From: a virus | DNA: 15,909 nucleotides | UHGV virus genome: UHGV-1808406 | Strand: one strand, 5' to 3' | Shown: positions 7,135-14,136 of the stretch, in pieces | Position numbering within the stretch: the first letter of the stretch is position 1 | How the letters are laid out: each line of letters opens with the position of its first letter | Notes under the pieces: generated by a model | Seen by the model: the letters and a program-made list of their open reading frames with translations, nothing else | Databases searched by the model: none | What the model was told of the DNA's origin: nothing | Position numbers and translations under genes: made by a program

Positions 7135-7716
7135 CTAACCGAGCTTTTTAGTTAATTCATTCCAATGTTTTCTACACAAAGAAACATAAATTTCATCACC
7201 AATACAGATTTGATTACCTTCTTTAACTGGTGTTCCATCTTCCATTAATCGAGCTGTCATAATCGCTTTTTTACCACAATGACAAACTGCCTTTAGTTCA
7301 ATAAGTTTATCTGCAATCGCTAAAAGTTCTTTAGAACCTTCAAACAATTTTCCAGCGAAATCAGTCCTTAATCCATAAGCCATAACAGGAACATTATATG
7401 TATCAACAATTCGGCTTAATTGATGCACCTGTTCAGTTTTTAAAAACTGTGCTTCATCTACAAATACACAATGAATATCTTTTTGTGCTTCAGCCCATTT
7501 ATAGAACTCAAAAATATCCATATCATCCGTAATAATATTCGCTTCCTGTTTAATTCCAATGCGAGAAACGACTTCACAGACAGAATCGCGAGTATCAATA
7601 GCAGGCTTAAGAACTAATACACCCATTCCGCGTTCTTTATAATTATGCGCAGCAGTCAAAAGAGAAGCAGATTTTCCAGCATTCATTGCTGCGTAAGTAA
7701 AAATTAAACTCGCCAT
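7135..7716 (-). CDS. tk: Thymidine kinase, 193 aa
   Basis: P-loop AMNAGKSASLL, the VDEAQF motif, a C-terminal Cys cluster (CHCG...C) typical of type II thymidine kinases, and the T4 Tk length. Confidence 0.9.
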   Translation of the reverse strand: MASLIFTYAAMNAGKSASLLTAAHNYKERGMGVLVLKPAIDTRDSVCEVVSRIGIKQEANIITDDMDIFEFYKWAEAQKDIHCVFVDEAQFLKTEQVHQLSRIVDTYNVPVMAYGLRTDFAGKLFEGSKELLAIADKLIELKAVCHCGKKAIMTARLMEDGTPVKEGNQICIGDEIYVSLCRKHWNELTKKLG

Positions 7717-7725
7717 ATCACCTTC

Positions 7726-7911
7726 TTAAAGCGTATTCACATAAGCTATTAATTCGTTTTCTTTCTTATCAAACCGATCAGCAAATTCTTCTTGCTGTTC
7801 GGGAGATAGCGGGCCATATTCATCATAAAAGGTGTTTGCTTCTGTATGCTCATCTAGAAGTTCATGGATAAGCTCAAACAATTTATCTTTTTGTTCTTTA
7901 CTCAGACTCAT
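7726..7911 (-). CDS. Small, highly acidic hypothetical protein, 61 aa (tk.1 position)
   Basis: About 16 Asp/Glu against 6 Lys/Arg. Lies immediately upstream of tk. Confidence 0.55.
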   Translation of the reverse strand: MSLSKEQKDKLFELIHELLDEHTEANTFYDEYGPLSPEQQEEFADRFDKKENELIAYVNTL

Positions 7912-8081
7912 ATATTAATTTCCAGGAGTTTTAAAATAATTCGCTTTTGCTTAAATATTTCCATAGTTAAATGACCAGTATCTTTTTGACCGATTCCAAT
8001 GGCAAAACCTTTATTGACAGCGAGTTCAATTAAATTATCAAGCTCACGTAACACTTCATATTGTAACTCAAAACTATTCAT
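7908..8081 (-). CDS. Small ORF, 57 aa, absent from the ORF track
   Basis: ATGA overlaps at both ends (start 8081 against the upstream stop, stop 7908-7910 against the downstream ATG). Translation: MNSFELQYEVLRELDNLIELAVNKGFAIGIGQKDTGHLTMEIFKQKRIILKLLEINI. Confidence 0.45.
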   Translation of the reverse strand: MNSFELQYEVLRELDNLIELAVNKGFAIGIGQKDTGHLTMEIFKQKRIILKLLEINI

Positions 8082-8290
8082 TTTGGTTTACCTTCTTTAA
8101 CGAAATCAGGATAAGGATAAAATCCTGAATAAAATCCTTCACCTTTATGATTGATGCATCCTTTATTAGAACAATAGCACCAATAATCGAAATTACAAGC
8201 CATTTCATCGTTGCATAAAGCAAAAACAACCGGCCATTTACACTTTTCACAGTGGGCATTTTTAAGAATACTAGTTTGGCTCATAACCAT
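8078..8290 (-). CDS. Cys-rich small protein, about 70 aa, putative zinc-binding
   Basis: Contains HCEKCK (CxxC), CNDEMAC and WCYCSNKGC, giving seven Cys and two His in 70 residues. Confidence 0.55.
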   Translation of the reverse strand: MVMSQTSILKNAHCEKCKWPVVFALCNDEMACNFDYWCYCSNKGCINHKGEGFYSGFYPYPDFVKEGKPK

Positions 8291-8493
8291 GTCACCTTTA
8301 AGCAGTATTCTTCTACATGCTGTTTACGACCTTTCTTATCAATAAAGGTATATTCAACGAATGTTCCAATGTAGTCTTTATCTACATCATGTGGACTATT
8401 AATTGGACATTTAGTACGACAAATGCGTTCCCATTGACGAATAATTACTGCCTTATTCTTTGGGTCATATGGATGTGGATAATGTATATTCAT
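8281..8493 (-). CDS. Small hypothetical protein, about 70 aa (start revised to ATG at 8493)
   Basis: The track start is a TTG; the ATG at 8493 overlaps the macro-domain gene stop as ATGA. Confidence 0.5.
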   Translation of the reverse strand: MNIHYPHPYDPKNKAVIIRQWERICRTKCPINSPHDVDKDYIGTFVEYTFIDKKGRKQHVEEYCLKVTWL

Positions 8494-8957
8494 AATAATG
8501 GTTCCCAATCAACAATCACAATTTCTAATTTAGAAGAATATGTATCTAAAATATCTTCAATAATATCCCAGTTCCCTTTACCTATGCCTGCACCAATCCT
8601 AGGCATATAGATTGTAGGTTTAGTCAGTTTATTTTCACCAAACTCATTTAATTCTAACATACAATTCATTAAAGCGGAATACTCAAAATTTGGCCCTGGT
8701 TGAAATTGAGTATAAAGATTAAAGCAGTAAGCTTTATGAGTCCTAAAGTATTTTTCATAGACTGAGTAAGAACCGAGTTTAGTTACATCACCCCATTCAG
8801 TCTGTAATTTATCAGCTTCCAAAATTTTAGGGAAAGCTTTGGTTAATTGACCCGCTACGCCTGAACCCATAGTATGAAAACAATTGCATCCATGCGCAAT
8901 ATTTTTACCTTCAGCGAAAAGGGCGACAATATCGCCCTTGATATATTTTACAATCAT
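8490..8957 (-). CDS. Stand-alone macro-domain protein, 155 aa (ADP-ribose binding or hydrolysis)
   Basis: KGDIV...IAHGCNCFHTMGSGVAGQL matches the macro-domain GDI...NAAN...GGGV signature, and PRIGAGIGKGNW matches the second glycine-rich loop. ATGA overlap with the vs stop. Confidence 0.7.
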   Translation of the reverse strand: MIVKYIKGDIVALFAEGKNIAHGCNCFHTMGSGVAGQLTKAFPKILEADKLQTEWGDVTKLGSYSVYEKYFRTHKAYCFNLYTQFQPGPNFEYSALMNCMLELNEFGENKLTKPTIYMPRIGAGIGKGNWDIIEDILDTYSSKLEIVIVDWEPLL

Positions 8958-9301
8958 CTAGTACTCAATCCTCGATTATAAGAATCTACCAAACGGTCAA
9001 CCATTGAATGACAAGCGGCTTTATCTTTCTCCTCCGCAACTGAGCATTCTAAGGTATTCCACTTTTTAGCATATCGTTTTAACAATGTATCGTTTTTGTA
9101 TCTGCTTGATTTATCTCTTTCTCCGTCTTTATATGCATATATTAATTTCTGTGCAAATTCAGCTTGGCACGCTTTATTTTTCCCACAATAATCTGCCGCA
9201 GTGCGGTTTACATATTCTCTAATTTCAGTATATGATGTATCTGCTGATGCAGAAGCAGAAAATGAAATTAATCCTATACATAAAACCAAAATTTTAGTCA
9301 T
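8954..9301 (-). CDS. vs: Vs protein (modifier of valyl-tRNA synthetase), 115 aa, with an N-terminal signal-like segment
   Basis: Length and position (between tk.x and vs.1/regB) match T4 Vs. N-terminal hydrophobic leader ILVLCIGLISFSASASA. Confidence 0.8.
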   Translation of the reverse strand: MTKILVLCIGLISFSASASADTSYTEIREYVNRTAADYCGKNKACQAEFAQKLIYAYKDGERDKSSRYKNDTLLKRYAKKWNTLECSVAEEKDKAACHSMVDRLVDSYNRGLSTR

Positions 9302-9839
9302 TTACTATTTCCAAAAGTTTATTATTTTTAAGGTAATTAGCCTTTTCTAGGACTTCAGAAGCATATTTAGAACCAGCTTTAACATTCCATCCCGAATTAT
9401 AAGAGGATATTGCTTTTCTTATATCGCCCTTATGTATATTTAACCAATAAGAAAGTTCAATGTACGCCCAGGAAGCTGAATTGGATCGTTTATTCAACAT
9501 TCTTTTTATTTCAGCATCGGTCATATTATAACCAAGTTCCTTAACTCTCGCTCGCATAGTAGGCAAATAATTTTGGAACATTCCATAGGCGTGATGCTTT
9601 GGTTTAGATTTTAAATTAACTCCGCCAGAGCTTTCTTGCCATAAAATGGCTGCCATTATATGACCTAATCCACTCTTGTGGATGTTTTTGTGTGTTTTAT
9701 ATTTTCCATCCTTAGAAAATTGTTCCCCGAATTGATACGCGTAACGCATGTTATCGAGTTGGACATTACTGAAAGTATGCTCGGAGCTATGTGCCATCAT
9801 TGAAATGGCCAATAGACCAGCGAGTAGTGCTTTTCTCAT
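9294..9839 (-). CDS. vs.1: Vs.1-like secreted protein, 181 aa, with possible lytic transglycosylase-like core
   Basis: Signal peptide ALLAGLLAISMMAHS and a WQESSGG motif resembling the catalytic-Glu region of SLT/goose-type lysozymes. Position matches T4 vs.1. Confidence 0.7.
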   Translation of the reverse strand: MRKALLAGLLAISMMAHSSEHTFSNVQLDNMRYAYQFGEQFSKDGKYKTHKNIHKSGLGHIMAAILWQESSGGVNLKSKPKHHAYGMFQNYLPTMRARVKELGYNMTDAEIKRMLNKRSNSASWAYIELSYWLNIHKGDIRKAISSYNSGWNVKAGSKYASEVLEKANYLKNNKLLEIVND

Positions 9840-9846
9840 GCTTACC

Positions 9847-10308
9847 TCATTGAGTTTTAATTACTGCTTTAGAAGCCTTTCCTGGTAAACGACGACTGTT
9901 AATAATTGCCATCCTACATTGAAGTGACGGGTCTTTGAACTTCTCATTAGGTTTACAAACTGTAAATCCAAGCCAAAGATTTCCATCCGTGATTTCTAAA
10001 CGTCCAGGACGATATTCAACCCCATCAATAAAATCCTCGTCAATGTCAGGACGCGGAGGCATACTCAAGAATTCATTAACTTCTAAAACATGGTCTTTTA
10101 TTTTGTGGAATAATTCAAAAACATATGTCTCATCAATCTCCCGTTGAATTGCACGATCAAGAAGATGTTGAGAATATTTTAGATGAAACGATGAGACCCC
10201 TGCTGCTTTTGATGCCTCACGAATCTCATTGTTAATTTGACGAAACTCCGACTCAAAGTGACGACGGAGCTTATTTCGACGGATAAAAACTTCTGTGTTG
10301 ATAGTCAT
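9847..10308 (-). CDS. regB: RegB site-specific endoribonuclease (cleaves GGAG in early mRNAs), 153 aa
   Basis: Sequence and length match T4 RegB as I recall it, with the expected neighbours. Confidence 0.9.
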   Translation of the reverse strand: MTINTEVFIRRNKLRRHFESEFRQINNEIREASKAAGVSSFHLKYSQHLLDRAIQREIDETYVFELFHKIKDHVLEVNEFLSMPPRPDIDEDFIDGVEYRPGRLEITDGNLWLGFTVCKPNEKFKDPSLQCRMAIINSRRLPGKASKAVIKTQ

Positions 10309-10335
10309 GTTATTCTCCTCTTAACTGATAGAAAA

Positions 10336-10364
10336 ATTATACCACAGTCAAGAGGAAAAGTAAA
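10336..10364 (-). promoter_or_regulatory. T4-type early promoter: -35 GTTTAC, 17-bp spacer, -10 TATAAT
   Basis: Minus strand reads ctGTTTACttttcctcttgactgtggTATAATttttc, followed by a GAGGAGAA Shine-Dalgarno and the regB ATG. Confidence 0.7.
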
Positions 10365-10367
10365 CAG

Positions 10368-10646
10368 TCATTCTTTAAATCTAATCAATTTATTCATAGA
10401 CTTTGAAACTTCTGCACGAACCTCATGTAGATTTTTAAGCTGTTCAAGACGCTGCGTATAGTAAGCAATTTCATCTTCTTCGAGACAGTCCTGTGAATCT
10501 TCTTTAAGATAACGCGCATAGTCCTGGAAAGCGTTACGAATTACTTCCTGGAAATCATCAAGACTTTGAATTTTCTTAGGAGCAACAGATACACGACGAG
10601 GGGCAGTATAATACTCATAACCAAACCCTGCGCTTAATTGAGCCAT
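10368..10646 (-). CDS. Small hypothetical protein, about 92 aa (vs.3 position by synteny)
   Basis: Start revised to ATG at 10646 ([13 protein letters not shown]...) with a GAGG Shine-Dalgarno and a TAATG overlap with the upstream stop. Confidence 0.55.
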   Translation of the reverse strand: MAQLSAGFGYEYYTAPRRVSVAPKKIQSLDDFQEVIRNAFQDYARYLKEDSQDCLEEDEIAYYTQRLEQLKNLHEVRAEVSKSMNKLIRFKE

Positions 10647-10912
10647 TAATATTTTTCCTCTGGTTGGAACACCGCGCGACAAGCCCACATACTAGCTTCT
10701 TTGAGTTTCGTTTTAGCAATAGTTAGCTGATCGAGGCTTTCAGCATAATTCTTTGCGAATTCGTAGTCTTCGCAATTATCTAGTGCTTCCCAGAATTCAT
10801 CGTATAAAGCGTCAAAGATAAGTCCTAAACGAACTTCAGCATCTTTGATAGCATTCACTTTACCGATTTTCTCTTCAGTATGCGGCTTATAACCTTTAAT
10901 GTCTTCAATCAT
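10646..10912 (-). CDS. Small acidic hypothetical protein, 88 aa (vs.4 position by synteny)
   Basis: Compact ORF in the vs block, acidic, no recognisable motif. T4 vs.4 is the reported anti-CBASS protein Acb2; homology here is not verified. Confidence 0.5.
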   Translation of the reverse strand: MIEDIKGYKPHTEEKIGKVNAIKDAEVRLGLIFDALYDEFWEALDNCEDYEFAKNYAESLDQLTIAKTKLKEASMWACRAVFQPEEKY

Positions 10913-11126
10913 ATTCTACTTCCTCACCCGTTCCCAAATCATATTCAACTAAACGAATAGGTTCATGAATTCCATATCCCTGAACAGAAATTTCTGTCGT
11001 AGGATAAATTCCACTAATATCACCCATGTTCCACGCTTCATTAAATTGCTGTTCGCCTGAATTACTAAACCATTCGGCGAAAGCATTTAACACATCTTCA
11101 GAACCTTCAATAATTATCTTTGCCAT
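10905..11126 (-). CDS. Small, very acidic hypothetical protein, 73 aa
   Basis: About 15 Asp/Glu against 4 Lys/Arg; C-terminus GTGEEVEYD. Confidence 0.5.
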   Translation of the reverse strand: MAKIIIEGSEDVLNAFAEWFSNSGEQQFNEAWNMGDISGIYPTTEISVQGYGIHEPIRLVEYDLGTGEEVEYD

Positions 11127-11488
11127 TACAGACTCTCAGTAAAGGTACGAGCGATAACGTCGCGCTGCTGTTCCGGAGTCAGAGAGTTAAAGCGAACTGC
11201 ATAACCGGATACACGGATGGTCAGCTGCGGATATTTTTCCGGATGCTTAACTGCATCTTCCAGAGTTTCACGACGCAGAACGTTAACGTTCAGGTGTTGA
11301 CCACCTTCAATTTTAACTGTAGGCTGTGGTTCAATTTCAATTTCACGGGTGTGCAAACCGTAGAAAATTTCTGGGTCTACAAAAGAGTCCTCTTTAAAGG
11401 TTTTAGAAACAATAATTCGTGCTTGAATACCATCTTCAAAATAAATAGTACCTTTATGTGTGCCTTCAAGAATTTGATATGCTTTCAT
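11126..11488 (-). CDS. grcA: Autonomous glycyl-radical cofactor (GrcA/YfiD-like; T4 Y06I type), 120 aa
   Basis: C-terminal 60 aa ([60 protein letters not shown]) carry the RVSGYAV glycyl-radical motif and are essentially the E. coli GrcA C-terminus as I recall it. Confidence 0.85.
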   Translation of the reverse strand: MKAYQILEGTHKGTIYFEDGIQARIIVSKTFKEDSFVDPEIFYGLHTREIEIEPQPTVKIEGGQHLNVNVLRRETLEDAVKHPEKYPQLTIRVSGYAVRFNSLTPEQQRDVIARTFTESL

Positions 11489-11494
11489 ATAACC

Positions 11495-11824
11495 TCAATT
11501 AGAAAATAAATTTATCCAAGACTGTTCTTTAATTAAAAATGGCTCAGAATCATATGCCATTAAACTTTGCGTAATTAATCCTTTAAAAGGTCCATCAATA
11601 AATTCCATGGTAAAATATGGAATTTTATTCATTAGCCGTGCATTAGGAGCAGTGCACAAAACTCTGCATCCTTTGAATACGCCTTTTTGTAATTTGTATT
11701 GCTTAGGATAAAATTCACTTAAAATGTTATTTTTTGCCAAAATTTCAAAATGATTCACCAATTTATTTTTAATAGTTTTTGGCGAAAAATAAAGATATTC
11801 GAAAAGCTGAGTGTCTGTCATCAT
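11495..11824 (-). CDS. Hypothetical protein, 109 aa
   Basis: ATGA overlap with the upstream gene; no motif recognised. Confidence 0.5.
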   Translation of the reverse strand: MMTDTQLFEYLYFSPKTIKNKLVNHFEILAKNNILSEFYPKQYKLQKGVFKGCRVLCTAPNARLMNKIPYFTMEFIDGPFKGLITQSLMAYDSEPFLIKEQSWINLFSN

Positions 11825-12348
11825 TGCATTCCAATTACGAAAAACTGTGGACGAGTAATACCACCAATGCAGCAGTGTTGCACAGTTTCAATATGAATAT
11901 CGTAAATTTTATCCATATCAGGAGATTTAACAGGCTCATCGATTATATACAAAATTCGAGAAAGCGATAAACCTCTGAACTTGCTGCCTCTATTACCGAT
12001 AAAACTACGGACAGAATCAGTAAATAAGCGGAATCGAATATCATCGCTAGAATAACGAGAAAATTCTTTTTTAATGTGTCCCGCAGAAATTTTAGCGTAA
12101 GCTGAAGTATTAGAAAGAACAATAACTGTTCCACCGTCATACAGCCAATTAGCAGCAAAGTTAGTCACAGCAGTTGATTTACCAGATTGACGTCCACCAT
12201 CTAGTCGAAGTGTACAATATTCTTTAAATAAATGTGACGAATAAGGTACATAAAATCCACTATTACAAATTTCTTCTACTCTAGCATCAGAATGGTGTGT
12301 AAAAGCATTCATCAGGGATAGATAAGGACCAGTTAAAAATGTTCTCAT
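11821..12348 (-). CDS. Small P-loop NTPase-like protein, 175 aa
   Basis: Walker A-like GGRQSGKST and Walker B-like ILYIIDEP. Confidence 0.55.
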   Translation of the reverse strand: MRTFLTGPYLSLMNAFTHHSDARVEEICNSGFYVPYSSHLFKEYCTLRLDGGRQSGKSTAVTNFAANWLYDGGTVIVLSNTSAYAKISAGHIKKEFSRYSSDDIRFRLFTDSVRSFIGNRGSKFRGLSLSRILYIIDEPVKSPDMDKIYDIHIETVQHCCIGGITRPQFFVIGMQ

Positions 12349-12501
12349 TTTATTCTCTCTAAATTTGGGTCATTCCATGGCGCATGAATTGTCCATTTCT
12401 GTATTTCCCCATTACCGCACTTGGGCTCGACCTTATTACAGGTTGGCGGGAATCCCTCATAGAATCATGAGGTCCAGCTTGTTCCCATATTTCTTATTTG
12501 C

Positions 12502-12975
12502 TTATTTGAATGATTTGACGTACTGAATAGAGCCTTTGCTATTCACGAAAGCGATTTTACCATTTTTATTATACATGGTAGCAGTACGCTGATAGCCATA
12601 AGTTTGCTTACCAGATTGATAACCAACTAATGCAAAATTATCTTCACCCATTTTATTCTGTTTAGCGCGAATACGTTCATGACCATGCGCCATAAGAACC
12701 TTAGCATCACCAGTTGCAATGGATCTACGAGTTTTTTCATCTTCAACTGTATTAACAAAGTCGTCAAATGAATCAAATTTAGCATGGGATTTATTATACA
12801 GTTTTCCATCTACTGCATAATTGTATCCTTGTACATCCATCTCAACTTCTGTACCATCATCTAATACAGCAGTAATTTTCTGTCCTTTTTTAAATTTCAA
12901 AAGATCAGTAAAAGATTCAGCAATAATTTGAGAATTAATAGCTGCTTCAGTGATAAATTCTTGATATGTTTTCAT
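12502..12975 (-). CDS. Capsid-targeted internal protein (IP family) with unrecognised cargo domain, 157 aa
   Basis: N-terminal MKTYQEFITEA matches the T4 internal-protein capsid-targeting sequence (cleaved by the prohead protease after the Glu of (L/I)xE). Its 5' junction is identical to that of the other IP gene over 27 nt. K-rich body. Confidence 0.7.
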   Translation of the reverse strand: MKTYQEFITEAAINSQIIAESFTDLLKFKKGQKITAVLDDGTEVEMDVQGYNYAVDGKLYNKSHAKFDSFDDFVNTVEDEKTRRSIATGDAKVLMAHGHERIRAKQNKMGEDNFALVGYQSGKQTYGYQRTATMYNKNGKIAFVNSKGSIQYVKSFK

Positions 12976-12984
12976 GTGTTTCCT

Positions 12985-13401
12985 TTAAATGTAAATAGTT
13001 TTACCGTAGTATTTATACCAGTGTGGCTTCATTAAAATTTTTTCATCGAGTCGTTGTTGACTCAACTTAATAGCTGATTTGCATGGATTATAATCATTTT
13101 TCCATTCTGCTGGAATATCGCTGATGTCAGGAACTTCAGTATCTTTTATACTAAACCCGCGTTTTAAGCATTCCGTTATAATGTCTGATTGACGCTTTCG
13201 CAAAAATTCTAACTTATCGTAAAAGAACGTGACATGACCAGAACCTAAAATAAACTCGGAAGATATTTTAAAATCTTTAACCCATTTACCATTTGCCACA
13301 TGTTTACGAACTATACCAAAAACGCGTGGCAATTCACGGTATTCTGCGATTAAATGTTGATCAGCAAGTTCAGATACTAAAGTCAAATTAATACGAGTCA
13401 T
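12985..13401 (-). CDS. denV: Endonuclease V (pyrimidine-dimer DNA glycosylase/AP lyase), 138 aa
   Basis: Begins [28 protein letters not shown] as in T4 DenV and ends WYKYYGK; same length as T4 DenV. Confidence 0.92.
   Translation of the reverse strand: MTRINLTLVSELADQHLIAEYRELPRVFGIVRKHVANGKWVKDFKISSEFILGSGHVTFFYDKLEFLRKRQSDIITECLKRGFSIKDTEVPDISDIPAEWKNDYNPCKSAIKLSQQRLDEKILMKPHWYKYYGKTIYI
13010..13017 (-). promoter_or_regulatory. Candidate T4 late promoter (TATAAATA) inside the 3' end of denV
   Basis: Exact TATAAATA on the minus strand, 34 nt upstream of the ATG at 12975 of the internal-protein gene. Confidence 0.45.
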
Positions 13402-13427
13402 TTTTAATCTCCTGTAGTTGATAGGTT

Positions 13428-13456
13428 TATAATATCATGTCTACAGAAGATGTAAA
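13428..13456 (-). promoter_or_regulatory. T4-type early promoter upstream of denV: -35 TTTACA, -10 TATTAT/ATTATA
   Basis: Minus strand reads gttgTTTACAtcttctgtagacatgatATTATAaacc, followed by an AGGAG Shine-Dalgarno and the denV ATG. The exact -10 register is ambiguous (16-19 bp spacer). Confidence 0.55.
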
Positions 13457-13494
13457 CAACTTTTTATCTATAAGAGGTCTAAGTGTAGGCTTTA

Positions 13495-14070
13495 TTAATT
13501 ACCACGAGCTGCATTAGCAACGGCGTAAGCATACTGAACATTAGCGTCTTTAAACGTACCTTTAGAGGTATCTAGTTCTGCCTTAAAGCCGCCTTTAGTC
13601 ATAACATCGGCGAATTCTTTACGGAAAGCCATTGCATCAAGACCTTTCCATGTAGATTTGTGCTTGGAGAATTCAAGACCAGCATAGTTGACAGCCTTAG
13701 CTAATTTATTATCAATAACCCATTTACCAGCTTTAGGCACAAACACCGGGCCTTTCTGTTTAGAGAATAGTTTTAAATTCCAGCGACGAAGGTCACCGTC
13801 AGCTTTAACAAAAGCTGCGTCCAAGTTACTAGCAACAACATCTTGAATATGGCCAAATTTAAGCCCATCAACTTCAATATTTAAATCGGTACGCCAGCGA
13901 AGTCCTTCCCAAGCGAAAGATTTAAAGTCGGAAGCTTTTGTAGCTAAGTATCGTTCAATAGGAGCTGTTTTAGGGTCAAAGCCGTTTCCTCGGTAAGTCC
14001 ACTCATCTTTATTAATGCCTTTGGCCTTTTCCACAGAAGCTTCAGCGATAAATTCTTTATATGTTTTCAT
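13495..14070 (-). CDS. ipIII: Internal protein III-like capsid-targeted basic protein, 191 aa
   Basis: N-terminal capsid-targeting sequence MKTYKEFIAEA, basic K-rich composition, a size close to T4 IPIII and a position next to e. Confidence 0.7.
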   Translation of the reverse strand: MKTYKEFIAEASVEKAKGINKDEWTYRGNGFDPKTAPIERYLATKASDFKSFAWEGLRWRTDLNIEVDGLKFGHIQDVVASNLDAAFVKADGDLRRWNLKLFSKQKGPVFVPKAGKWVIDNKLAKAVNYAGLEFSKHKSTWKGLDAMAFRKEFADVMTKGGFKAELDTSKGTFKDANVQYAYAVANAARGN

Positions 14071-14107
14071 GTGTTTCCTTTAAATATTTTAATTAGTAAC
14101 TGTGAAT

Positions 14108-14136
14108 ATACTATCACAGTTCTAGAAGAAAGTAAA
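14108..14136 (-). promoter_or_regulatory. T4-type early promoter between e and the IPIII-like gene: -35 GTTTAC, 17-bp spacer, -10 TAGTAT
   Basis: Minus strand reads gttgTTTACtttcttctagaactgtgaTAGTATattcac. Confidence 0.6.

Noticed and set aside
9881-9892. Additional GTTTAC motifs inside genes (e.g. 231-236, 2335-2341, 5264-5269, 9886-9891) as possible internal early promoters
   Set aside because: None has an acceptable -10 hexamer at 16-18 bp spacing, so they are treated as chance occurrences in AT-rich sequence.
12349-12501. Possible tRNA gene in the GC-rich spacer (GGTCGAGCC resembles a T-arm)
   Set aside because: No canonical GTTC T-loop and no 7-bp acceptor stem could be paired by eye, and the T4 tRNA cluster is expected beyond e.8, outside this window. 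Kept only as an unexplained structured spacer in the findings.
2982-12809. Nested minus-strand ORFs in alternative frames (2982-3176, 8074-8259, 11943-12158, 12627-12809)
   Set aside because: They lie entirely inside longer, motif-supported genes (nucleotidyltransferase, Cys-rich protein, P-loop protein, internal protein) in a different frame, with no independent start signals.
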